DNA from: a virus
Taxonomy: Duplodnaviria; Caudoviricetes
IMG/VR virus record: IMGVR_UViG_3300013099_000034
Span: 1-44,693 of that record
DNA length: 44,693 bases
Strand: one strand, 5' to 3'
The notes below the pieces were generated by a model that saw only the letters and a program-made list of their open reading frames with translations, had not been told where the DNA came from and did no database searches. Positions 35,660 through 44,442 of the stretch are shown piece after piece. Position 1 is the stretch's first letter. Each line of letters opens with the position of its first letter. The position numbers and the translations under genes are program-made.

Positions 35660-37984
35660 CTAAAATGGAACCTCCGGCTGTCGTTGCTCTGGCAGCTCCT
35701 CGTCCCAACGAACCTTTGTCGCGTATTGCTCTTCCCAGAACTCACGCAGCACGCGGAGGGTTGGGAACTCATACGTGTAGGACCGGGTGCCGCCTCTGAC
35801 CTTGGGCTTGGCTGCTCGGGTACGCCGGGGGAAATCATCGGGGCAAACGCTCTTGAGGAACTCGCCAAGCTGACCTGAGTTGCCGCTATACGGCAGCCGG
35901 TAGCGCTCAACGTGATTGCGGTAGTCGTCTCGAAGCGCGTTGCATTCTACGACCTTGTTGTAGCGCGGTAGTGCCTCCACCAACGTCCCTTGCTCAAGTC
36001 GGCAATACCACCAATCCTCCCACGGGCTCAGGCTCTGCATTTTTTGCCCAAGCAGCGCCTCAGTCTTGGGCACCGTGCGCACATCAAAATCTTCCAGGTC
36101 GTGGGTCATCAGGTAGTGCAAAAGATTCTCACTGCCGCCGTTTTTTAAATGCGCAGCGATGTCCCCAAAGTACTTGCTGTTTTGCTTCTGGTTGTCTCCA
36201 ACTTCCAGTACGAAAAACCGGCGTTCATTCGCCCCGGTTGGCACCACCCAAGCACTGTTGGATGCCAAGATGAGGTGGGTGAAGTTTGGGCTGGTCTCGG
36301 CGTCAACAAACTTCTGTTCAATGACCATGCGATTCTCTGTGACCAAGGTCTTCAAAACGCTTTCGTGTTTCTTGTCTCCCGCGAAGAACGCCTCATCGCC
36401 GAACAGTATCACGCAGTCTCGAAGGTGGGCGTTGAATTGCCCAACAAGATGGTTGGCGTTGCTGACCTGCAGATAGTGGCGGCCGAAGAGTGCGCCGAAC
36501 TTATTGGCGAAGAAACTTTTTCCCGTACCGCTCTTGCCGCGCAACACCACTGCCGTCTCACCGGCGGTGCCGGGCTTTTGAACCGCCCGCGCCATCCAGC
36601 TCAAAAGATAGTTGTAGTGCACGTCCACACCCTTACAAATATTGGTATGAAGGTGGCGCAAGAACGACAGGTGCTTATCTCCCGGCACGGCCGCCACGGC
36701 GAACCCTTGCCAAAGGTTGTAGGCATCGGGGATGATCGGCCCGCTGGGGTTGAACACCACCCGGTCAAACTCGCGCCGCTGGGGGTGCGTCAGCCACCAC
36801 TTGCCCACCGGGAATTGCTTCTCCTTGTCGCCCACCGGGACGGTAACGAAGACGTTGCAAAACCGATTGCCAAAGTCGGCGAAGGTTTGCTTGGTGAGTT
36901 TTTTGCGACTCATTTCTATGTCCAAGACTTCTTCCGCCACCAGACATCTTCCGCCAAAATCTCCTACCACAAAAAACCGATCATTGAGCTTTTGCAGCCA
37001 CGGCTCCACGGCATGTTCTTTGCCCCGGTTGATCTGGCGCATGACGTATTCAATTTCGTTGGGTCGCTTGTCCAAAACAGAGGCGCTGATTCCGAAGTCA
37101 GGATCGGTCAGTATACTGAAAATAACTTCCTCCGGAACGTCGCACCGGAGCAAGTTACAAATCACATCAAACAACCAGGCCGACCGGCTGTTGTCACCCT
37201 TCTTGACTTCATCGGGGTGCTCGCCCTGGACGATGATGACCTTCACCCGGTCTGGTACTTTCCATTTGTTTAGTTCGTCTACGCTGCCCAGCCGGGCCAC
37301 GTTACCGGTAGGTGCGGTGACGGGCGCGGTGTGGGTCATGCCCGCCGTCTGGATGATCGGCGCGGGGGTGAAGTCGGTGAGTTGGTATGCCCGTTCAATC
37401 CCAAAGGACTCCACAGCAGACAGCGACGGCGTCCGGCCTCGCTCAACCTTTTTGGCGTTGGGCAAGTTCATTGTGCCCGGCAGCCTCATGATCCTGTCGA
37501 TGTTGTGGCAGCTGTCGCCCTCCAAAACAATTTCCAGTTGCCTGTTGTAGCGGGTGATGTCTGCCTTGGCCGGGGCGGTGCGCGTGGTCACCGGCTCAGC
37601 CAGTTTCCAGAACGCCTGGTACCCGCCGCCGCTGAATACCACGGCGGTAGGTGGGGCCACGGGGCAACGCTTCAGCAGCAACGCCTGGATGCGCTCCAGC
37701 TCCGCCTCAAGAGGTTCCCCGGCCCGTGCGTCCACATCAACGTGGAGCCAGCCCACGGTGACGATGTCGTCGCGGGTTGCCTTCTTGGTCAGCGCGTGCG
37801 CCGGTTGGTTGACGCTGAAGTACAGGTTGGCCTTTCCGGCCCGGCTGTCTATCCACTTCTTGGCGGCAGCCTCTTCCTTGGGCGTGAAGGTCTTTGTTTC
37901 GATCCCTTTGCGATCTACTTTTATCGCCGTCAAAACCCAATAGCCTTCTGGGTGAAACAGCTTCAGGAATTCAATGCTTGTCAT
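35660..37984 (-). CDS. primase-helicase (RepB-like primase N-terminus plus SF3/D5-type NTPase)
   Basis: HVDVD, SGGGYQAFW, RIMRLPGT primase motifs; Walker A GKSGTGKS, Walker B FGDEA, ERRFFV; ATG 37984 with SD GAGG. Confidence 0.9.
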   Translation of the reverse strand: MTSIEFLKLFHPEGYWVLTAIKVDRKGIETKTFTPKEEAAAKKWIDSRAGKANLYFSVNQPAHALTKKATRDDIVTVGWLHVDVDARAGEPLEAELERIQALLLKRCPVAPPTAVVFSGGGYQAFWKLAEPVTTRTAPAKADITRYNRQLEIVLEGDSCHNIDRIMRLPGTMNLPNAKKVERGRTPSLSAVESFGIERAYQLTDFTPAPIIQTAGMTHTAPVTAPTGNVARLGSVDELNKWKVPDRVKVIIVQGEHPDEVKKGDNSRSAWLFDVICNLLRCDVPEEVIFSILTDPDFGISASVLDKRPNEIEYVMRQINRGKEHAVEPWLQKLNDRFFVVGDFGGRCLVAEEVLDIEMSRKKLTKQTFADFGNRFCNVFVTVPVGDKEKQFPVGKWWLTHPQRREFDRVVFNPSGPIIPDAYNLWQGFAVAAVPGDKHLSFLRHLHTNICKGVDVHYNYLLSWMARAVQKPGTAGETAVVLRGKSGTGKSFFANKFGALFGRHYLQVSNANHLVGQFNAHLRDCVILFGDEAFFAGDKKHESVLKTLVTENRMVIEQKFVDAETSPNFTHLILASNSAWVVPTGANERRFFVLEVGDNQKQNSKYFGDIAAHLKNGGSENLLHYLMTHDLEDFDVRTVPKTEALLGQKMQSLSPWEDWWYCRLEQGTLVEALPRYNKVVECNALRDDYRNHVERYRLPYSGNSGQLGEFLKSVCPDDFPRRTRAAKPKVRGGTRSYTYEFPTLRVLREFWEEQYATKVRWDEELPEQRQPEVPF

Positions 37985-38285
37985 TCCAATACCTCTCCAG
38001 CAGATCAACGGGACCAAGTCCTCGTTCGATCATACTTAGCCACTGGACGGTACACGGCACGCGGGGGGCCAGTTGCGGTTGAGTGAGGCCCGCCCGGCGG
38101 CGGAGGATGACAAAGCGTTCGTACGAAAGCAACGTGAGTTTCAGGTTGTAGGGGCACGGGGTTTCGCCGCGCTCCCAGGCTAGGTATTTTCTGACGGGGA
38201 TGCCGTACCGTTCAGCAGCAGCCTTCTGAGTTTCAGCTCGGCGTCTCCTGCCAGTGTAAAGTTTTTCGGCTCTCGTGTAAGGCAT
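37971..38285 (-). CDS. tandem XRE-type helix-turn-helix protein
   Basis: Two HTH units: RRRAETQKAAAERYGI..WERG and RRRAGLTQPQLA....IERG; SD AAGGAG. Confidence 0.8.
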   Translation of the reverse strand: MPYTRAEKLYTGRRRRAETQKAAAERYGIPVRKYLAWERGETPCPYNLKLTLLSYERFVILRRRAGLTQPQLAPRVPCTVQWLSMIERGLGPVDLLERYWNDKH

Positions 38286-38674
38286 TCAATTAGCTCCTTC
38301 TGGTCTATAGATTTTGGCCAGTATTTTACAGCGACCTCAATGAGTTTCGTTTTGTTGCAGCCCTCGGTGTTGACCACCAGCGCGGCATCCGCTCCATCCA
38401 ACAGCAGCCACTCCGACCGACAACGCAACAGCCACCAGCACCGGCCCCCGGCCCGGCGGCGGCGCAGCGCCCATACCCGCTGTTGGGGCGTGTAGTGTTC
38501 GATGCGCACGGGGGTGTCTTCCCCTTTGGGCCAAGCGCGTATCCATTTTAATTCGATCCACCCTTCAACGTAGTTCACGTCGGGGGTGCCGGGCAGCACC
38601 GGGTTCTCGACTGAGATTGCGTTGAGTGGTTTGAGCATTTTGGTCACGGCTTTTCTCATGCCTTGTTCGCTCAT
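38180..38674 (-). CDS. PD-(D/E)XK nuclease, probable Holliday junction resolvase/VRR-NUC-like
   Basis: VEN...GTPDV...WIELK...QRVW...GG motif. Confidence 0.8.
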   Translation of the reverse strand: MSEQGMRKAVTKMLKPLNAISVENPVLPGTPDVNYVEGWIELKWIRAWPKGEDTPVRIEHYTPQQRVWALRRRRAGGRCWWLLRCRSEWLLLDGADAALVVNTEGCNKTKLIEVAVKYWPKSIDQKELIECLTREPKNFTLAGDAELKLRRLLLNGTASPSENT

Positions 38675-38889
38675 TTATTTTCCTCCTTGGCGATGATCTT
38701 CCTGAGCATCCTGGAGTACCGAAACCACGTTGGGCTGCGTGGCGCGTTCCGGTCTGCGTTGTCGACGAACTCGGCCACCGCTTCCAGCTTTTCTTCCGCC
38801 GCCAGGACTAGCTTGTTCAACGACGTGATCGTGTTGGTCAGCCGTTCGATTTTTGCCTTGTTGGTTTCCAGCCTCCGGCGGCCTCTCAC
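38671..38889 (-). CDS. hypothetical coiled-coil protein
   Basis: 72 aa, overlaps both neighbours by 4 nt. Confidence 0.55.
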   Translation of the reverse strand: MRGRRRLETNKAKIERLTNTITSLNKLVLAAEEKLEAVAEFVDNADRNAPRSPTWFRYSRMLRKIIAKEENK

Positions 38890-39473
38890 AGCTCGCCCAA
38901 AAAGAACGCGGTTTGTGGGCCGGGCTTGGGCCGGTAGATAGGCAACGACCGCACGTTGAGCTGGGCCTCACCCATCATGATCAGGCCGGTCTTGCAGCTG
39001 TCGCGCCACCCCGCGTCATCCTCCATGTCCAGCCGCCGCTGGATTGCCTCAGACGGTCCAGACACCGTATGGATGCCCGCCTGGATCAAGGCCCGCGCAC
39101 AATCCGCGCAGATGCTTTCGCTTGGGTCCCAGCTCAGGTAAGCCCAACACCCCTGCGTGGCCCGGCCCAGCCGGGCGGCGTTGTAGATTGCGTTGCGTTC
39201 GGCGTGCTCGGCGAACATGTATTTTGTGGGCCGTCGCCAACGCTCTGGGTCCAGCTCTTGGCCAACGGGGCGGAGCACGTTTTTGGCATCCGACTTCAGC
39301 ACGTCAACCATTTCGCGCACCCGGCGCGGGAAGCCATTGTAGCCCCCCGCGACCTCGGTGTTGGTGTGAGGGTCAACGATCACGCAGCCCACTTTCGTGC
39401 TTGGGTCTTTGGACCAGCTGGCGTACTCCACCGCCCGGCCCACCCACTTCTCGTCCCAGCTTTTATTTCTCAT
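38886..39473 (-). CDS. dCMP deaminase
   Basis: SKDPSTKVGC, GYNGFPR, HAERNAI, CADCARALIQAGI zinc-deaminase motifs. Confidence 0.93.
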   Translation of the reverse strand: MRNKSWDEKWVGRAVEYASWSKDPSTKVGCVIVDPHTNTEVAGGYNGFPRRVREMVDVLKSDAKNVLRPVGQELDPERWRRPTKYMFAEHAERNAIYNAARLGRATQGCWAYLSWDPSESICADCARALIQAGIHTVSGPSEAIQRRLDMEDDAGWRDSCKTGLIMMGEAQLNVRSLPIYRPKPGPQTAFFLGEL

Positions 39474-41344
39474 GCAATCTGCTCCTTTGCTTCGCCCCAG
39501 TTGGGGCCAATTTCTAGATCAACTCTGCTGGGCACGCTCAACTCAACAACGTGCCGCATGATGTGCCCGGCTTCCTTTACTTCTGCTATGTTGGCCGGAC
39601 TCCAATCCACTTCGTCGTGAACCTGGAGTTGAAGGTCAAACCCGTTGTCGTCCAGCGCGACCACGGCGGCCTTGGTCTGGTCGGCGGCGCTGCCTTGGAT
39701 GAGACGGTTGAGTGCTTTGTGGCACCAGTCGTAGCTGCCGTCAGCCAGCTTTGGAAAGTGGCACTTGCGGCCCAGAAGGGTCTTGATGAATCCGTTGGCG
39801 GCGGCCTGCTCCTCGGTCAGGTCAGCCAGCTTCTTGACGAACGGGGCGTGCTTGTGAAAGGCATCCAAGAGGGCCTGCGCTTCATCGCCGGCAACCTCAC
39901 CAGACCAGCCCCGCCGCGTGGTGATAAACTTGGTAGGCAGGCCCAGGTTGCGGGCCAGCTTTGCGCCGCCCATGCTGTAGCACAAGCCCAGGTAAATATT
40001 CTTGGCCGGGGTGCGGGGGATGCCGCACAGGTCAGCCATCATCTGGTGGTTGTCAGTCTTGGGGTCGTTGCGGTAGGCGTCGGCCGCGTGCTTGGCCCTG
40101 GGCAGGCCGCACAACTCTGCGAAGTGAGTCAGGATGCGCGGCTCTTGTTGGCTATAATCGGCGCACGCCCAGATGTCTCCATCAGGCACGTAAATTGCCC
40201 GCCACATACCGGACCATTCATCGCGTGCAGATTGCTGCTGAAGGTTGGGGTGCTCGCTGCTCATGCGACCGTACCTTGCGCCCTTGGTGTCGCCGTCTTG
40301 CTTGGTCCGTCTCATCTGGTTGAAGGTGGTGTGAATCCTGTCGCCGACCATGTGGGTCCGGATGCTCTGGACGAACGTGGTGCGCAGCTTATTGACCTTG
40401 CGGCATTGGACGATGGCGGCGGCCACCGGGTGGTCGATTGCGTTGAGTGTTTCTTGGTCAAGCTTGTCTTGGCCGCTGGGCGTTTCCTCCAGCTCAACCC
40501 CCAACGCGGTGAGCGCCCGCACCAGCGGGGCCTTGGTCCAGATATTGTCCATGCCCACGTCAACGCCGGTGTGGTGCCGGATGAGGTCAAGGTGCTCTTG
40601 CTCTCGCTTCCGCGCCCAAGCTTCCACCCGGTCCAGTTGGTCCAAATCAATACGCACCCCGCGCCTCCTCATGCGCAGCAGCACGGGCTGGAGTTTGCAC
40701 TCAAGCTGGTAGATGGGCCAAAGGTCTTCGTCCCTTAGGATGCGTTCCTGGCGGCGTAGAACTTGAAGCGGCAGCCGGGCGTCTTGCTCTGCGTATGGGC
40801 CCACGTATTTTGCAGGCAGCCGGTGCATATCCTTCTTGGGGTCCAGCCCGTAGTGGGCGGCGGCCTGCCTGAGAAACATCTCGTCCTTGCCGGGCAGGCC
40901 GTGCCTCTTGGCGATGGCGTCCAGCGAGTAGCTGAAGTGGAGTTCGTCAATCAGCGGGTCGGCGATCTGAACGTCACGCTGATCGGCGTGGTTGAAATTA
41001 ATACCCTCCTCGGCCATGTAGTCCAGATCGTAATTTATGTTGGCCCCAACGAGAATGCCTTTGAAGTTTTTGGCTTGGTTGCGAAAGTATCTTAGCACCG
41101 TCTGCGGGTCCAGGTTGTTGCCGCCTTCGTGCCGCATGGGCAGGTAGTGGCACGGCCCGTCTTCGATGGCAAAGCTGATGCCGGCAATGTGGCCGCCGGT
41201 GCGCACGGACGGCCCCGTGATCTTGAGATTTGGGTCGTAGGTTTCAATGTCGATACCCACACGCCCGGCCCCCGTCCACTCTGGCATTTCGGCCATGAGC
41301 GGAGGGGACCAGGTTGAGGGCAGATCGAACAGCGGGAGTTGCAC
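39470..41344 (-). CDS. polA: DNA polymerase, family A (3'-5' exonuclease plus polymerase)
   Basis: Exo DIET, NINYD, YAEQDA; motif A DYSQQEPR; motif B RTPAKNIYLGLCYSMG; motif C QVHDE. Confidence 0.96.
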   Translation of the reverse strand: MQLPLFDLPSTWSPPLMAEMPEWTGAGRVGIDIETYDPNLKITGPSVRTGGHIAGISFAIEDGPCHYLPMRHEGGNNLDPQTVLRYFRNQAKNFKGILVGANINYDLDYMAEEGINFNHADQRDVQIADPLIDELHFSYSLDAIAKRHGLPGKDEMFLRQAAAHYGLDPKKDMHRLPAKYVGPYAEQDARLPLQVLRRQERILRDEDLWPIYQLECKLQPVLLRMRRRGVRIDLDQLDRVEAWARKREQEHLDLIRHHTGVDVGMDNIWTKAPLVRALTALGVELEETPSGQDKLDQETLNAIDHPVAAAIVQCRKVNKLRTTFVQSIRTHMVGDRIHTTFNQMRRTKQDGDTKGARYGRMSSEHPNLQQQSARDEWSGMWRAIYVPDGDIWACADYSQQEPRILTHFAELCGLPRAKHAADAYRNDPKTDNHQMMADLCGIPRTPAKNIYLGLCYSMGGAKLARNLGLPTKFITTRRGWSGEVAGDEAQALLDAFHKHAPFVKKLADLTEEQAAANGFIKTLLGRKCHFPKLADGSYDWCHKALNRLIQGSAADQTKAAVVALDDNGFDLQLQVHDEVDWSPANIAEVKEAGHIMRHVVELSVPSRVDLEIGPNWGEAKEQIA

Positions 41345-41568
41345 TATTTTTTACCCCTGTCTAGGTTGAAGCCCAAGACCATTTCGCCCGTCATGGAAAG
41401 CACCAACTCAATCAGCTCCTGGGTCGCAGGGCTGCGGGCCAGCACGGCTGAACCTTCTGCGTCTATGGTGACCACGAAAAACTGACCGTCGCCTGCCATT
41501 GCATCCAAGACGGCGGCGCGGGCCTGGGTACCAACGATCAGGTTTTCTACTCTGCCCTTGTCGCTCAT
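41344..41568 (-). CDS. hypothetical protein
   Basis: 74 aa, SD GGAGG, coupled to polA. Confidence 0.6.
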   Translation of the reverse strand: MSDKGRVENLIVGTQARAAVLDAMAGDGQFFVVTIDAEGSAVLARSPATQELIELVLSMTGEMVLGFNLDRGKK

Positions 41569-41993
41569 AGCGGGCTTCCTCCATTGAGACTCACGTCGTG
41601 TTTGGTGATGGTCAATTCGTCGTCTTCGCTCAGCCGGTCTTGGAAGGTTCTGAGTTGAGGGTTGGTGCTGCCAAATAACTGCTTGAGGTTGTAGATCGGT
41701 TCCTCATCTTCAGCCCGAAAGGGCACGCCCCAAAATGGACCCCAAGGCCCGCCGGTCACGTAGTCTGGTTCCGCAATAATTTCGTCTGGTGTCATCATCC
41801 AGGTTTGGTCCAAAGTGTTCCTCAACAACACCCGTGTTTCGCCTGTCGCTTTGTATGTACGCAATGCCTTCTCGCTGACGCGAACACACACTGAGTCCGG
41901 CGTGTGGCAAAACAACACCCACCCGTCTGGCATGAGGTGTAGCCGGTGAAAGTGGCACTTAGCGTCCCTGATGGATTTTGTTAGGTCAATCAT
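41565..41993 (-). CDS. hypothetical protein
   Basis: 142 aa, SD AAGGAG. Confidence 0.65.
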   Translation of the reverse strand: MIDLTKSIRDAKCHFHRLHLMPDGWVLFCHTPDSVCVRVSEKALRTYKATGETRVLLRNTLDQTWMMTPDEIIAEPDYVTGGPWGPFWGVPFRAEDEEPIYNLKQLFGSTNPQLRTFQDRLSEDDELTITKHDVSLNGGSPL

Positions 41994-42023
41994 TCCTTGT
42001 CTCCTTGACTTGGGTGTTGGATA

Positions 42024-42617
42024 TTACGCTCCGCAATATCCGCAATCTTTACTCTCGCCTTCGCAGTGTTCGCACACCTCCTTTTCGTATCCAAACGGGT
42101 GAGACACAGTGGTGTCAAAACCAACGGTGTCAGCCTTGGGCACATCACTGGCTTTCAACTCAGATAAAACCAGCAGCAAGTACGCGGCCAAATCTTCCAG
42201 GTCGTCGATCACGCCTTCGTCCCGGCGGTCGCTGCGGGCGTGCTCCAAGATGTCCCACTTGGACGCAACGCAGTAGGCCTGGGAATCATCTTGGCCGGGC
42301 GGCGTAGCCAACTGATCAGAGGCCACCCGCTGCTCCAGCCGGTCCCACTTGCGGGCCATCATCATGAACGCTCCAACGCCCCCGCGCTTGAGCCATGATC
42401 CACCATACTGTTCGTCCTTTTCTTTCAACTTTTTAACGAGGGCTTCCGCCACTCCCGGTAGTGCGTCTATGTAGGTCAAGGGTTCTCCTCTCAGTGCGCG
42501 ACCCATGAGTCGCATTCCTTCAGCTATTTCTAACATGTGGGGCGTGAACTCCACCGTTCCGCCTCGGCGAAAACCCGGCGGGCACCAGCCCCAATCGAAT
42601 CCCTCCCACAGCCTCAT
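42024..42617 (-). CDS. Nmad1 (DUF1599, MazG-like) nucleotide-modification-associated protein with a C-terminal Cys4 motif
   Basis: KDEQYGGSW...RKWDRL...DDLEDLAAY; ends CEHC-x6-CGYC. Confidence 0.75.
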   Translation of the reverse strand: MRLWEGFDWGWCPPGFRRGGTVEFTPHMLEIAEGMRLMGRALRGEPLTYIDALPGVAEALVKKLKEKDEQYGGSWLKRGGVGAFMMMARKWDRLEQRVASDQLATPPGQDDSQAYCVASKWDILEHARSDRRDEGVIDDLEDLAAYLLLVLSELKASDVPKADTVGFDTTVSHPFGYEKEVCEHCEGESKDCGYCGA

Positions 42618-43138
42618 TTTTCAAACTCGCTGTCGAACTTGTCCGGCGTGCGTTCCCATTGTAAGTGGGCCACGAAGTCTCGGACCTCTTTGGGCACCCA
42701 GTCTTGGGCCAGCAGCCGGTGGCAGACATTAATGATTTGGTCAACGTCGCGATTGCCCAAGTTCAGTTCGTCCCCGCAGAACAAACACAGCTCCAGGAGG
42801 TCCATCGCCTTCAACCACTGGCGCTCAACTTCGTTCAGGCCCTCTTCGTAGTCCACCATCAAGTCGCGCTTCAGCCGGGCCTCTACTTCACCAAACGCTT
42901 TGCCCGCGTCTGGGGTCAGCCACCATTTGGCCGGTGCCGGCATGTCGCCGACCCAACGCTCTGCCACGTCATGAAACAGACACGCCTTGGTGAGGCGCAA
43001 ACTCGCGCCGGGGTTCAAGACCTCCAGCAGCGCGACCATGTTCCAACTATGGACGGCCACGCTGTAGGGTCGGTGATGAAAAGTGGCGTGTAGCCTCTCG
43101 GTTTGGCCACCCTCAATTAGTGCTTTACTTCGCTTCAC
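42614..43138 (-). CDS. HD-domain 5'-deoxynucleotidase (YfbR-like)
   Basis: R.H...SVAVHS...LFHDVAERWVGDMPAPAK...KAMDLLE; GTG 43138 with SD GGAGG. Confidence 0.88.
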   Translation of the reverse strand: MKRSKALIEGGQTERLHATFHHRPYSVAVHSWNMVALLEVLNPGASLRLTKACLFHDVAERWVGDMPAPAKWWLTPDAGKAFGEVEARLKRDLMVDYEEGLNEVERQWLKAMDLLELCLFCGDELNLGNRDVDQIINVCHRLLAQDWVPKEVRDFVAHLQWERTPDKFDSEFEK

Positions 43139-44141
43139 GTTTTGCCTCCCGGCGGTCCAGCCACTCAACGATTGCCCTGCGCCAATCGGTGGCTTTAATT
43201 GTGCCCGCAACCGTCATGGCGTCGGCGTATTGTTTGGCCTTAAAAAGGTTGTGTGTTTCCACAATAGGCAAGGCCACCCGGCGGAAGAACGGTTCGGTGT
43301 AGCCCATGGCCCGGTGCTCCAGGTCAAGGAACATTTGCAGCTCCCCAAACCAGGTTGCGGGGTCAGCCCGGTTCACCATCGGGAACGGCCGCACGCCGTC
43401 TTCCTCATACGGCGTACGCGCACCCAGGGCGGGCGGCTGGGCAGCATAGGCGGCCAGGCCCAACAGCGGCTCCACCGTCTTGTGGTAGGCGTGCCAGTTG
43501 TCGCTGATCTGGTAGAACGAACCCATGGGAATTTTCGCCATGCTCGCCACCACTTCGTGGAGCATGCTGAAGTGAACCGCGTTGGCTCCATAAGCGCCCC
43601 ACACGATGTCGTTGGAGCGGTTGAATACCGTCATGTCCAAGAGGCCGCCCCGGTGCTGGAAGTGAACCGCGATGTTACACGGAATATCCTTCATGCCGTC
43701 TTGGGCAGCCAGGTCCACGCGAGGGTCGAACATCGTTATTATCTGGCGGCGACACAGTGCGTCTTTTCTCAGGTTGTGGATCACGGCCATGAGCTGGTCC
43801 ACCTCAAAGTGTCGCCGCCACCGGTGGCCGTATGCGCCGTGGAAATAAACGCCGTCATCGCTGAACGCTTTCATGCCCTTCACGAACCGGGTGAGAGGTT
43901 CCACGTCGTTGCGCCCACCAAGCATCCACAACGCTTCGTAGAAGTGGAAGAATGGATTGGCGTCGCGCTCCGGCCAGAAGATGACCCGCTCGCGGGGGTG
44001 GCTGTATACCGTAGTCACCGGCTCCAGCATGACGTGTACCGGCCCGTTGCGCGTCTCTTCGGTGACGACCGGCCCGGCCAGAATCTGGTGCATGGCTTCG
44101 GGCAAAGCTTCGTGCACGTTTCTTACTTTAATTACTTTCAT
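43125..44141 (-). CDS. thymidylate synthase homologue, probable dUMP hydroxymethylase
   Basis: ATG 44141; RDANPFF, GAYGHRWR, catalytic DIPCN, RSND..WGAYGAN (Asn indicates dUMP specificity); context with dCMP deaminase and an aGPT-Pplase1 gene. Confidence 0.85.
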   Translation of the reverse strand: MKVIKVRNVHEALPEAMHQILAGPVVTEETRNGPVHVMLEPVTTVYSHPRERVIFWPERDANPFFHFYEALWMLGGRNDVEPLTRFVKGMKAFSDDGVYFHGAYGHRWRRHFEVDQLMAVIHNLRKDALCRRQIITMFDPRVDLAAQDGMKDIPCNIAVHFQHRGGLLDMTVFNRSNDIVWGAYGANAVHFSMLHEVVASMAKIPMGSFYQISDNWHAYHKTVEPLLGLAAYAAQPPALGARTPYEEDGVRPFPMVNRADPATWFGELQMFLDLEHRAMGYTEPFFRRVALPIVETHNLFKAKQYADAMTVAGTIKATDWRRAIVEWLDRREAKREAK

Positions 44142-44442
44142 TTTTGCTCGCTCGCTTTCTTCTTCGCTGCTGAGCCGCAGCCATGTTGTCCTTTGCTTCT
44201 TGCGTGAACACACGTCCCTGAAGGTGATGTGATTTGTGTTCTTTGTCCGTCATCAACTGCAGGTTTTCCAGCCGGTTGTCAGCCCGCTTTTCGTTGATGT
44301 GGTGAGCCACTTCATCGTCCGTCAACTCACGACCCAAGTGGCTTTCCATTACCAGTCGGTGCTGGAACTTCCGGCCGCTTTCAGTTTTCTCCACAACATA
44401 CCCTCTGTCAGAAACATAAGTCCAACCAATTGGGTTTGTCAT
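44128..44442 (-). CDS. free-standing HNH homing endonuclease with a NUMOD3-like tail
   Basis: HRLVMESHLGR....EVAHHINEKRADNRLENL...H...H; C-terminal GRVFTQEAKDNM. Confidence 0.88.
   Translation of the reverse strand: MTNPIGWTYVSDRGYVVEKTESGRKFQHRLVMESHLGRELTDDEVAHHINEKRADNRLENLQLMTDKEHKSHHLQGRVFTQEAKDNMAAAQQRRRKRASKNESN

Noticed and set aside
35660-37984. Integrase
   Set aside because: Motifs are primase plus SF3 helicase; no tyrosine or serine recombinase signature anywhere in the window
43125-44141. Canonical thyA or dCMP hydroxymethylase
   Set aside because: Asn at the specificity position argues against dCMP use; the RSND..WGAYGAN variant and the neighbouring hmdU-kinase-family gene favour dUMP hydroxymethylase, though dTMP synthesis is not formally excluded
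36149-44207. Long plus-strand ORFs 36149..37273, 39551..40738, 43083..44207
   Set aside because: Antisense shadows of the primase, polA and TS genes
43125-44442. Group I intron carrying the HNH inside the TS gene
   Set aside because: TS is intact from ATG 44141 and the HNH abuts both neighbours, leaving no room for intron core structure
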